From contig NC_092671.1 of NCBI RefSeq assembly GCF_964355755.1, positions 23,448,070 to 23,512,069 of the forward strand: a stretch of DNA of 64,000 bases, in the 5' to 3' direction. Position 1 is the stretch's first letter, and each line of letters starts with the position of its first letter. A program made the position numbers and the translations under genes. Source of the stretch: Antedon mediterranea (lineage: Eukaryota > Animalia > Echinodermata). A model generated the notes under the pieces. That model saw only the letters and a list, made by a program, of their open reading frames with translations. It had not been told where the DNA came from and made no database searches. Below, in pieces: positions 27,287 through 38,686 of the stretch.

Positions 27287-27603
27287 GTGGGTGAGTGGCC
27301 GAGCGGTTAAGACAGTGGAACCGTAATCACGTAGCCATAACATCGGCAGGGGTTCGAGGCTCACTCACTCGATGGTTCTGGTGGTAGAACGAGTCTTCTC
27401 GGATAAGGACTATAAACCGTAGGTCCAGTGTACACAACTTGCTCGTGTGCACTTTAAAGAACCTAGTACATCTTTCGAGACGAGTAGGGGGTTACCCCGG
27501 TGTATTAGTACATCACAGCCACTGATCACCAACTGGGTCCTCTGGGAGACCAGTCTTTGACTGAAGAGGTTACCCAGTATAAATATATATTTCAATCAAT
27601 CAA
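27287..27603 (+). mobile_element. tRNA-derived SINE with a Nin/Deu-like central domain
   Basis: A box tggccgagcgg and B box ggttcgaggc; core ggataaggactataaaccgtaggtcc...gcactttaaagaacc; (tcaa)n tail. Confidence 0.75.
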
Positions 27604-28087
27604 TTGAAAATCGAAACGTGGCAGGCTGAAGGCGCTTGACCTTTGACAAGATTGCCTAAAATTTTAAATTTTTTAGTTTTTAACTTTACAATACTTAGTG
27701 TTGTATATTCTGGTACAGCCGCTCCATAATCTCTTTGCTTTTCTTCCTTATATCTTTACTCATATTAAACGTTTTACTAACAAATTTTATTTATATTTTT
27801 GCTTTATGTACACGTTAACTTATGATCAAATAACAATTTTCTCATCGCAACTTGTACAATGTAATTTAGAAAACTACAACCATTTTTCAATAAACATAGG
27901 CCTAGGGAGGACACATCATACAACGTACATTTCTAGCCTAACAAATTTTTCAAAACTTTCTATTATTTAAAAGTCAAAGATAGCCAGGTCTCGGGTCCAT
28001 TCTATTGTCGCCACAGATTGATATCTTCATCAGTACTTCTATGAATGGACGATTAGGTGGGAACACGAACGCTAGTTGATCATACCG

Positions 28088-31000
28088 AATACAGGTCAAC
28101 CCGTACCCATGCCAACTCGTACCCAAATTTTGGCTTACTCGTACCCAAAATTTTGGCTCACCCGTACCCATCATTGGCTAACCCGTACCCAAGTTTAATG
28201 CTATTTAAAGTATATTTATATATTACAGTTAAACCTAGTTTTATTACATTTTTAGATCATATGTTCGATATTATAATGGCAAAAACTATTTACCTAAGTA
28301 TAATTTATGTACAGACTCGTACGAAAAAAGCACAGCTTTCATCGTATTTGGGTCGTAGTCAAAGATCTTATATACTAAAGATAGGACACTCTCGGAATTT
28401 TACGTGCAATTTATGTAACACACATGGAGCTCATTTTATAGGGCGCCCTCTCGCTCAAACAAGTAGATTTATGGATCAGATATGTCTACTGTATTGTAAC
28501 TGAATACTCAATTTTTTTCATCACAATAATTGCGGTAATGTGCGATTAAATTATAATAAATTATTTCCTGTACTTTGTATATCTCTATTTGTTTTAATTA
28601 CTGAATATTGTTGTTATTATTGAATGTTTATCATCATCCTCAAAATCATCATCTAGGAGTAATCATCACTCACACTACTACTTATTTATGCGAGTCGGTC
28701 CCTCTGGTATTAACCACACTAAGCGCATCGTATTCCGTTTTTGTTCTTGATATGTTCTTCCATCCAGCAGCAAAACAGTACAGATTAGGAAAATATAGTA
28801 GTCAAATAGTGTGTTATAAACAATTAAAAAAGAACAAGAAGTCACTTTTTGAAAATCACTACTTCGACTATTTTATTGCAGTAATTTTTAGGAATATATT
28901 TATAAAGAATCATAGGCTTAAGCTTACAGTCATGACATGAAACAGATTATGATAGTCAATTCTGAGACAATTCATACTAGGACTACTGCATTATGTACCC
29001 ATCATTCGCCATGACATTCATTTGTTATTATAATTTATTTAAAACCTGAGATAGCAATTAGTTATGTTATAGTAGTCTCAGTTTAAAATTAACTCAATAA
29101 CTACGGTATTGCAAAATGATGCACGGGCCACACAGAGGAAATATAAAAAATGTAGAAACATTGAAATAAAATCATCATATTTACAATTATTCAATCATCA
29201 TACCAGACCGTCGTAATGATCATGTTTCTAGCCGATAATGCACAGACCGAGGCGCGTACAGACTTCCTACAACTTTATGGCATACCTCATAAATGTGATA
29301 CTTTAATTAATTTTTCACTCTTCTTCTTATCACTGATTATGTCTCTGTTGAAGCATAGAATATGCGTAGGTTTACGTACGTTTCAATTAGCAATGTTTCA
29401 ATTGCTGGTGAACAAACATTCAACTCATAAAATGTGTTAGGAACTAGCTGCTTTGGGTCTTCCAGTTTTCGATTGGTTTCTCGCATCGCACTGTAACAGA
29501 TATCGCAATTGTGCTTTACACTTGCTTTCTTGACGACGTAACCGGCTACATATACTAAAGTATTTAGCTGAGTCATCTCAAAGTCTTCTAAGCAGCAGTC
29601 GTCGTCAGTGGTGGCATCGTTGTCTTCTTGATCGGCAACATGATGCGATGATGATGATGATGATTGGGCCATCATTATTGCATCAATTCCATCTAGCTGT
29701 CGATCAGTGTCTGTAAATTAATAATTGTCTAGTGAGTTTTTGCTTTATCATAATTAACGTTTACGTAATTATAGGACGTCTACGTGCATGCTAATTGATT
29801 TTCAAATTGGTTAGGGCCTAAAATCAAATACTTAAGCCTAACCTATAAGATCTTTGGTCGTAGTTAAATTAATACTTGAGGGCGCTGTTTTACATGGAAG
29901 ATGTCAGTGGTCGGCTGTGCTGCATTCTATTTTTTTCATTTATGAATAGTTATTGATCTATTATTTACTACGAATAGCCTGTACACGGAAATTGAAGTAC
30001 CCACTAGTCGTGATGATGAAAACTTGAATTTCTTTTATACATAGTTTGTATTTTCATTTTATTTTACAGATAATGAAGTAATGTGCTTTTTGAAAATCGT
30101 TTTAAAAATGGTTTTGTTGTTTTGTTTTGTTTTAACATTTCGAAGATATTTAATACATTTTTAAGTAGTCACTCGTATTTTAAAATCACGAAACTATTTA
30201 AGTGGATACCAGCCTCATTTTTGCTGCTAAGGACCATTTTAGAATAATGAATCTAAGTAGATTATTGCCGTTTTTAAAACAAATTCCCTAGGACATGATG
30301 GATGTGAGAATAATAATAAAAGGTAACCTCCAATAATTTAACATTTACGTAATTACAAACGACGACATTTGCTGTTACTACGTTTTCATTTTATAATGAT
30401 TATTACTGTATTATTATGACTAAAAACCGAAATAAATACTACTAAAACTAAAAAAAAATCATCTTATCGCTGACAGATACGTAAGTACAGTACTCAGACA
30501 CGTGTAGGTAGGCCTTCAGAACGTTTATATTATTTTAGTAAATAAGACGACATCCGTTGCCATGGAAAAACGAGTGTGGGTCATTTATTTGTCTTATTTG
30601 ACACATTATAGAATGCGTATTTTGTTTAAAAAGGGAATCCCTCGTCAGCAAAAACATGTAGCCGTTATTGAGGAAACATCTACCAAAAATGTTTAATTGC
30701 TGTAAACAAACAGATAATTTTAGTGAATTATTTAAGAAAAAAAATAAATAGAAAACGATCGTACGCCACATTGCGTTGTCTATTTTTTTACACACTGTAG
30801 CTGTTATAGAAGAAAATCTGCCAAAAATGTTTAATTGCCTTAAAGTACGTGTATATGATCATTTCACTGAATTATTAATAAATAAAATATATGGAAAACG
30901 ATCATACGTCATTACTGAGTCGTCTCTTTAACGCCCTATAAATGCGTGTTTTTTTGTAATAAAAGGTTAATCCCGGTCAGCAAAAACACGTAACACGAAA

Positions 31001-31722
31001 TCTACGCCCCATAGCCCTGCAGGCCTTACAGTACCTGTACATGATCATTTCACTGAATTATTAATAAATAAAATATGGAAAACGATCATACGTCATTTTT
31101 TTTATAATAAAAGGTTAATCCCAGTCAGCAAAAACACGTAACACGAAATCTACGAGTAATTCGACCCCATAGCTCTGCAGGCTTTTTGCTTAAAACAGGG
31201 CGTTGTTAATTCAACCAATTTTAAATATACCAATACAATAGAAACAATAATTACTTGATCGAATCATGGAGGTATCCTCCATGATCGAATGTAATCAGGG
31301 AAGATAAGGTGATAAGAATAAAAATTGATAAGTATAAAAATGATACGTTGTTGGTACTTTACCTGGGCTTAATTGAATTGTAATAGGCCTACTATAGCCT
31401 ACAACAGTAAAAATATTTTTTTATTAATTAATGTTCTTACGTAAATAAATAAAAAGACACATCAAACATACGTTTATAAAACTATAATACTACATAATTA
31501 AACGAAGTTTACAATCAAATCAATGGTCATTTTTATTAGCACACATTTCACCGAGACCTGTAAAATAAAAAAAAACCAATTTAAATATAAAAATATTCAT
31601 ACGTCAAAAGCATACCACTAGTTTTGCGCCGATCAAATCATTACAAGTAGGCCTAATTATTCAAATTGGGTACGTACGAGTAGTCCAAATAATGGGTACG
31701 AGTAAGCCAAAAATGGGTACGA
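28088..31722. mobile_element. Foldback/MULE-like element 'B' with tandem-array TIRs (ctcgtaccca / tgggtacgag); right TIR cut by the CACTA insertion
   Basis: The left array at 28088-28195 begins gaatacaggtcaac. The inverted array at 31665-31722 ends abruptly at cccacta. Confidence 0.7.
28423..29896 (-). mobile_element. P-element/THAP9-like transposon remnant nested in element B
   Basis: ORF 29337-29675 carries LVYVAGYVVKK....C..C, typical of P/THAP9 transposase C-termini. Candidate ends are catg...gggcgccctc and gagggcgc...catg; no TSD seen. Confidence 0.5.
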
Positions 31723-32550
31723 TCCCACTAAAAAAATCACCGGGATCGTGAAAATTCCCGGCGGGAAAAATGGTCGGTATTCCCGGCGGGATAATATCGA
31801 AATCCCGCAAAAATCCCGTCCAATATCCCGATCTTTAAACGGGATTTTAATCGGGATTATCGGCAAAACGAACTTGATTTTTAGCGGGATTTTAGCCGGG
31901 ATCCCGTCCCGACGGGAAAAATGGTCGGTATTCCCGTTCCCGACCGGGATCCCGCCAAGAATCCCGCTAATGACCGGGATTTTTTTGAGTGATATTTGTC
32001 CGGGATTTTAGACGGGATCCCGTCCCGGCGGGAAAAATGGTCGGTATTCCCGTTCCCGACCGGGATCCTGTCAAGAATCCCGCCGATGACCGGGATTTTT
32101 TTGAGTGAAATTTAGACGGGATTTTAGACGGGATTTCAGCCGGTATCCCGTCCCGGCGGGAAAACTTGTCGGTATTCCCGTTCCCGACCGGGATCCTGTC
32201 AAGAATCCTGCCGATGACCGGGATTTTTTTGAGTTATATTTAGGCTAGACGGGATTTTAGTGGGATTTCAGCCGGGATCCCGTTCCGACGGGATGTATGG
32301 ATTTCCGCCAGAGACTTTTGAAGACGTGCGTTTATTTCCTGGCCCGGCCGACTCAATTGTATAAATCTTCGTATACCTACGATCGTCCTTTTGATTTCAG
32401 TAGGCCCTATTTCAACCATAATTGGTATTCGGACAGACGTGAATGAAAGGACTAGATGCAAAAAAAAAAACAATTCAATTAATTAACAAACAAAAAGTGA
32501 TCACACAGAAATATCATAAACAAACAAAGTTTATTTTTCCTTCTTTTTTT

Positions 32551-35500
32551 TCAGATTTTGTATTTTTTGTTACGGATTGCCCGAATCTTATCATTTAATT
32601 TTTTAACTACTTGGTCCCACACTTTATCTTTTTCAACTTCTTCCACAGGATAGACGTTGAACAGGTAACCTGAAAATTAAATATAGACAAATTTAGTTTA
32701 TTTGAATAATAATAACAGCATCACATTAAAAAATATATATATAATCATTTAGAGTATTAAGTTACGCCTACGGTGGAACGATATTTTTATAGAATGTTTG
32801 TTTTTATTTTTGTATCATTACTCTATTTCACAATACCATTATTCAGTTGTTTTAGCAATGTGTTGACTAACAAAGTTAATTGATTAATAATGTTGAGTTT
32901 ACTAACAATCGTACGTTGTGTTGAATAACAACTTTACTTTTTTATAATTATGACGCGCATTATGTTACGTTGTGCAAATAAATTGATAAAAACGTTGAGT
33001 TGATGAAGCACTCAACTATGTTTAGCAGTTGATTTTCAAAGAGCTGTAGTTATATAATATTAATTAATTGTTGAGTTGAGTTATTGTTGAATTGAGGGTA
33101 TGACGCTATTGGTTTTCCAGCTGATGAGTAATACTGCACTCCTGCATAGACAATGCATGTGTCGTATGCAGGAGATCCGATCAATAGTCACCTCCATAAC
33201 ATTAAGGATCGAAACAGCCGTCATCATCATTTATATTAGGTATTCTATTGTAAATAAACATTAGAATTATATGTTTATTATTTTTAAATAGTGTAATTTA
33301 ATTTAAAAAACAAAAACATTCAATACTGGCGATGATGATGGCTGTCCTGGGATAAACCCAGTTGTTTTTTATGTGATCTTTTGATGACTTCTTTCATTTT
33401 AGCAAATGCATTATATGAAAAAAATTTGGGTAAGTATTTCATTGCATAAAAAACGTACTCACTTCGTAATGTCTTTCTTTTTGCTTCGTCCATCTGGACG
33501 TTTCCCTTCCCGTGACCATAAATTGTTAACTTGTTGTAGCATTGCTCTTTAGTAATTAATAATTCAAGTGTGGATAACGCCAGTTTTTCAATGCTGTTTG
33601 CAAACATTTCGCATCGTTTCAGCGACTCCCTCTCCACCTTAACCCCATACTTGGCGTTACCCAAATATGTCATATCTGTTAACAGTAAAAACCAACATTC
33701 TCAAGGTTTATAGAGGAACACACAATAAGAAATAATTAGGGGATATTGCCATTGACTATATAGGTTTAACTCCGCCAAAATGCGCATGTGCCCATAATCT
33801 AAGACAAGAATGCAAATTGTATAGTGAATTATCTTTGCGCACACGTATTATAAATGTAGCGAACTGGATGTAATTTTTTTTTAAATACACTTACCATCTA
33901 AAGAGTTTTCGTTCTCCATGGCACTTTCGATGAACTGAAGAGTAGGAGGTGGTGGCGGCAGCGGAAGAGTAGGAGTCGATGGCAGATGAAGAGTAGGAGG
34001 TGGTGGTGGCGGAAGAAGAGAAGAAGGAGATGGTTGAGGCAGAAGGGGAGCATGAGGTGGTGGTGGGATGAGAGAGGGTAGTGGGGGAAGAGGCTTTATG
34101 CCCTGAAATAAATATAAAGAATAAATATAAATTACGTAAAACTACTCCGATAATTTTAATATACAGTGAGATAGTTTCTTACTTGAATCTTACTTGAATC
34201 TTCGGGCTCTTGATTAAGGCAAATGCCTTTTAAACGCCCTCCATTTCTTCTGTATTTATCTAGAATTGGTAGCAAAATTTATCTCCCATTGCTCTGTCTT
34301 TGTTTAGTTGATCCTTGAATGCATTTATGTTTTCTGCTTGTACTGTAGTGTGGTATAGATTGTTCCATGTGTTGACGATTCTACATGAAAAGGAGTGGCT
34401 TCTGATTTTCAGTCGGGCTCTTGGCTTTCTTAATTTGAATTGATGGCCCCTTGTTCTACTGTCCTCTCTAAAGTCAAAAAAGGTTTCGGCTTCAATATCA
34501 TCCAAGCCCTTGATAATTTTAAACACTTGTATAATGTCCGCTCTCCTTCTTCTGTAATTCAGTGTAGGTAATCCAAGCTCTTTTAATCTCTGATCGTAAG
34601 ATTTATCTCTTAACTTTTTGACAATTTTAGTGGCCCTACGCTGCACTCTTTCAAGCTTATCCAAATCACCTTTTAGGAGAGGGTACCATATACAGCTTGC
34701 GTATTCCAGATGAGGTCGAATTATACTTTTATAAAGGGGCAGGAACATATCCTTATCCATGTAAGCAAAAGATCGCCTTACCAATCCAATGAGTCTATTT
34801 GCTTTATTTACAGCTTCATTCGTATGTAGTGAAAATTGAAGACTGATCAAAAGTAACTCCAAGGTCCTTTTCAGTATTGGCATTTGGCAGATCCTCGTCA
34901 CCTTCCTCTGTTGGCATAGTGAATTGCATTTGTGGATTTGAATTTCCATAATGTATTACTTTACATTTATTAATGTTGAATTTCAGCTGCCATCTTTTAG
35001 ACCAATCGGATAATGCCTTGAGATCATTTTGAACAGTATCATTTCTGTTTTCATACACAACATTAAACATCTTAGTGTCATCTGCAAACATCCATACTTT
35101 AGATTTAACTGCATCAGGTAGGTCGTTTATGAAAATGATAAATAATAAAGGGCCTAACACGCTGCCTTGAGGGACTCCGCTTTTAACCGTAGACCATTCA
35201 TAAAACCCCTATGCATGGAATGTACCATTTTCCGGAATAAAATTTTTTTTTTTACAGTTTAAATTTAACTATAAATGAATTCTAGAGATATTTCACACAT
35301 TTTTCTGTAGGCTAGGCAAGTGCACCTCCGCGCATATCTCTCAGCCGACGCCGCAGTGTATATGATGAAGGGACCGTTATTAAAACGTTTGTATACACAA
35401 TGTTTAGGCTGATACATCGTGTATGTAATATAGCTACTAACCTCGTCCTTGCTTGATGTCTTTCTCTTCACATTACTACTCTGAAGGTTACAAATAATAC

Positions 35501-36530
35501 ACATTCCAATAAAATTACAATAAACTACAACCCAGTGGTCTGAATGTTACAAAATAATGTATTTTAATTAATTAATTTAGTGTATAGGCCAATATTACGA
35601 TATCGTGGTAACATTTTGCGTATTAATAATAATGATAATAATAATAATAAAATAATAATAATAGTTAATAAAAATAATATTAAATAATAATAATAATAAT
35701 AATAATACCTCATCTCTACACATTTTTTTGTTTTTGTCTTTACTATCACGCGATCCCTCAGTATTATCCAATTTTGTGAAAAGTAAGTGAAAATATGGTT
35801 TAATTTTGACTATATATTGTTAGTAATTCTTCTCAAATTCTGAGCCGCTTTATAAAATGTCTGAAAATGCTTTTTTCATTGTTGAGTCTAAATATAAAAT
35901 AAATATAATGTTGAATACATCAGAATCGTATAAATAAGCCCCTATATGTCCCACTGAAAACTTATTGATTAATTATATTGTTAAAACTACAATCCCGGTC
36001 GGGATGACCGGGATCCCGGTGCGTCGGGATACCGGTCATCCCGACCGGGATTGCAAAACTAGCTTAGGCCTAGGCAGCTATCGTAGGCATACCTCTGCAT
36101 AGGCCTAGTCTAGCCTATTTCATATAGGCCTAGGCCTAAAGCTTATTTAATATTTAAAAAAAGAAAGAATAGCCTCTAGGCTAGCTATAGGCTAAGGCCT
36201 ATTTATTTTAAATCGATGATAAAATATTTTGGTCCATAAACAGAGCATGTAGCCTAGGTGAACCTACATATAGGCCTAGTCTGGGTAACTAAAACTCCTA
36301 GGCTTGGCCTAGGCAGCTCCCGCGCGGGGGGTACGGTGTACAACAGTAGGCACCACCTAGGCCCTACCTCCAGTTCTTCCAATCATCCCTTCCTGGATCC
36401 CAAATCCAGGGCATCTCGCCTTTACAATAGTGCCGACATTTAATGGCACTTTACTGATGATAGCTGACATTTTCAAGATGTTACCTGTTATTGGCTTATC
36501 CTTGTGCCATATCATTAATACTATAGACAT
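32551..36530 (-). CDS. Spliced transposon accessory gene encoding a proline-rich linker and C-terminal BEN-like domain; possibly a pseudogene (middle exons uncertain)
   Basis: GT-AG exons: 36368-36530 (MSIVLMIW...), 35442-35480, 33895-34102 (poly-Pro), 33463-33675 (EKLALSTLELLITKEQCYNKLTIYGHGKGNVQMDEAKRKTLR) and 32551-32669 (YLFNVYP...VWDQVVKKLNDKIRAIRNKKYKI*). The last three join in phase; the exons between 36368 and 34102 are not fully resolved. AATAAA lies just downstream. The pattern matches BEN helices (L..LF..E, G......LD......I, W......N.K.R). Confidence 0.7.
33091..33360 (+). ncRNA. Extended type I hammerhead ribozyme (left copy)
   Basis: ccag-CTGATGA (33121-33127), GAAA (33211-33214), a 15-bp stem III pairing 33214-33228 with 33331-33345, GTC cleavage triplet 33344-33346, then ctgg pairing back to ccag. 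Confidence 0.8.
34180..35200 (-). mobile_element. CR1-clade LINE 3' fragment in an intron of the BEN gene
   Basis: GVPQGSVLGPLLF, FADDTK, RPHLEYA and RTRGHQFKL motifs; short tandem 3' tail (acttgaatct)x2. Confidence 0.9.
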
Positions 36531-38686
36531 TATGGTAGTGTAGTTTTTTAAATAAATAAAATCTCTTGTTCGTTGAAGAATTGAAGATCAAGAATGGCGG
36601 GTTTGAATAAAAAAGTTCTGGTTTGATGATCGAGGCGGGAAAAAGTATTGGAAAATGGCTGTTGAAATAATTGATGGAGTAGGGGGGAGGGGGTGGTTGA
36701 GGGGCGCGTGTAGAAGTTTTATTTTGTATGAAATAAAAATGTTATAGTTTATATTGTATTATTATTATTTCTTTTATTCGTAAATCATAGAGGTTTGAAA
36801 TGATGGGATTTAAAAATGGGGAAAGGTGGTGGAGGGGGGGGGGGGGGATCACAAGGGTGATTCTTGTAATCTTTTTTTTTTTCGTTGGCCGGACGTACGT
36901 CGTGTATGTTCGGCAAGTAGATCGCGTCGTATGTTTAACATAAAACAAAAGGAATAAGGATCGAAGAAGATTTACGTGTATATATATATATAGATCGACA
37001 GACTAGAGTAAGTTTTATTTTCATTCACAGTCTACTGATAGTGACATGTAACTAAATGACTTTGTGTGGTGCCGATTCACTAATTGTAGACGTATATGTG
37101 TGTAGTGCGGCCCAGTCGATTACGCGCGTTACGATCATGACGTAACACTTGAGAATACTGTAGTATCCATCCGCGCCTCAGCGCTCTCTCAGATCTCTCC
37201 TATTTATTCCCTCCACACCAATCCCTGCTCACTAGTAAAATAAGGACAGGCATAATATTCAGCTTATATATATAGGTATACTAGCTAATGAGATGACTAT
37301 AAAACAATTTAATACTGTAATGTGTTCCCAGATGCCTTCTTTATGAAATTAACATAGATTAGACGGTGGCCTATATAAAGCGTGTTTTACAAAATGTTGA
37401 TAAAAACACATTTTTTGTTTTAGCCATGTCAAATACAGAAAGTAGCAATGATGACTTTGATTCGCCAACAAAGTCTAAAATTAAAAAGTTTCACTCTAAA
37501 CACTTCGGCTTTAATGCAAGAAGGGCTCGATATGCTGCTACCAGACAGTTCAAACGCAAACAACCAGCAAAATCAAGACCACCTAAACACATCTCTTCGA
37601 CTTCTGATAGTAGTAGTTGTAACAGTGAAGATGAAATAATCTCACCGAAAATGGTCGGCAGTTCTTCTACTACTACACCAAGTCATAGCAGCACGTCTGA
37701 TGATACTGGCAGTGACTTCTGGACAGAACCAACTTCCAGTAGTTCAAACAACACCCCTTTTTTAACGAAATTATTTCAAGGATCTGATCATTCATATATA
37801 AGCCTGTATACGTCGATTTTATTATTTGTAATTAAGCACTCACTCACACAAGCTGCATATTCTGATTTACTTTTGCTGATTTCTTCTATTCTCCCTTCAA
37901 CATGTAACATAGAGACATCACTATATAAAAACAAACAAATTATTAAACGGAACACAAATTTCAAGGAACCAACACCTAATTTTTATTGCGAGAGATGCTA
38001 TAAGGAGTTGGAAAATAAGCTTAGCGTTTGTCCATGTGGAGGTTCGTGTCTCTCATTCCATCATCTAAGTCTTGATGACCAGCTTAAGGAATTGTTTGCA
38101 GGTAGGCATAGCTATGGTTTTTCGATATATCATTCTAATTACAATCGTTTAAAAATAAAGTCAGCAAATACAGTCTCAACGTACGATGTTTGATATCTTA
38201 GAATATATTTATATTTGGAAATAAACGGTCTATTTTATCATTTAACCATAACGATATATTTTACGGAAGCACACACTGTATTATAATTATATATTTTATT
38301 ATAGATAAACAGTTTTGCGACATGGTTATGACGAAGAAAGTCAACAGAGATACCATCGAAGACATAACCGATGGCTTAGTATACCGCCGCATTGCCCCAA
38401 GTGCCTTATGGAGCAATGAGACATTCATAACCTTTACTCTAAATACAGGTATTAACAATATTACAGTTTTTCGTATTTAAACATTCTATTACCAACACAA
38501 AATTGTCATCATTCTCATTTATTTTTATTTTATTAGATGGTGTGTCAATTTTTTCATCGTCGATGAAAACGCTATGGCCAGTGTACCTGGCAATAAATGA
38601 ACTACCAGTACAGCTCAGGTACATTAATAACTTTTTTTTTTTTTTTTGTTTACAAAATGAATCGGAACCCGTACCTACCCCTTTTC

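Noticed and set aside
27287-27372. tRNA gene
   Set aside because: A and B boxes are present but there is no clean cloverleaf, and a SINE core and tail follow.
33320-33462. C-terminal part of ORF 33320-33673 as coding
   Set aside because: A strong donor (A|gtgagt) at 33463 joins in phase to the exon at 32669; the remainder is intron read-through overlapping the ribozyme.
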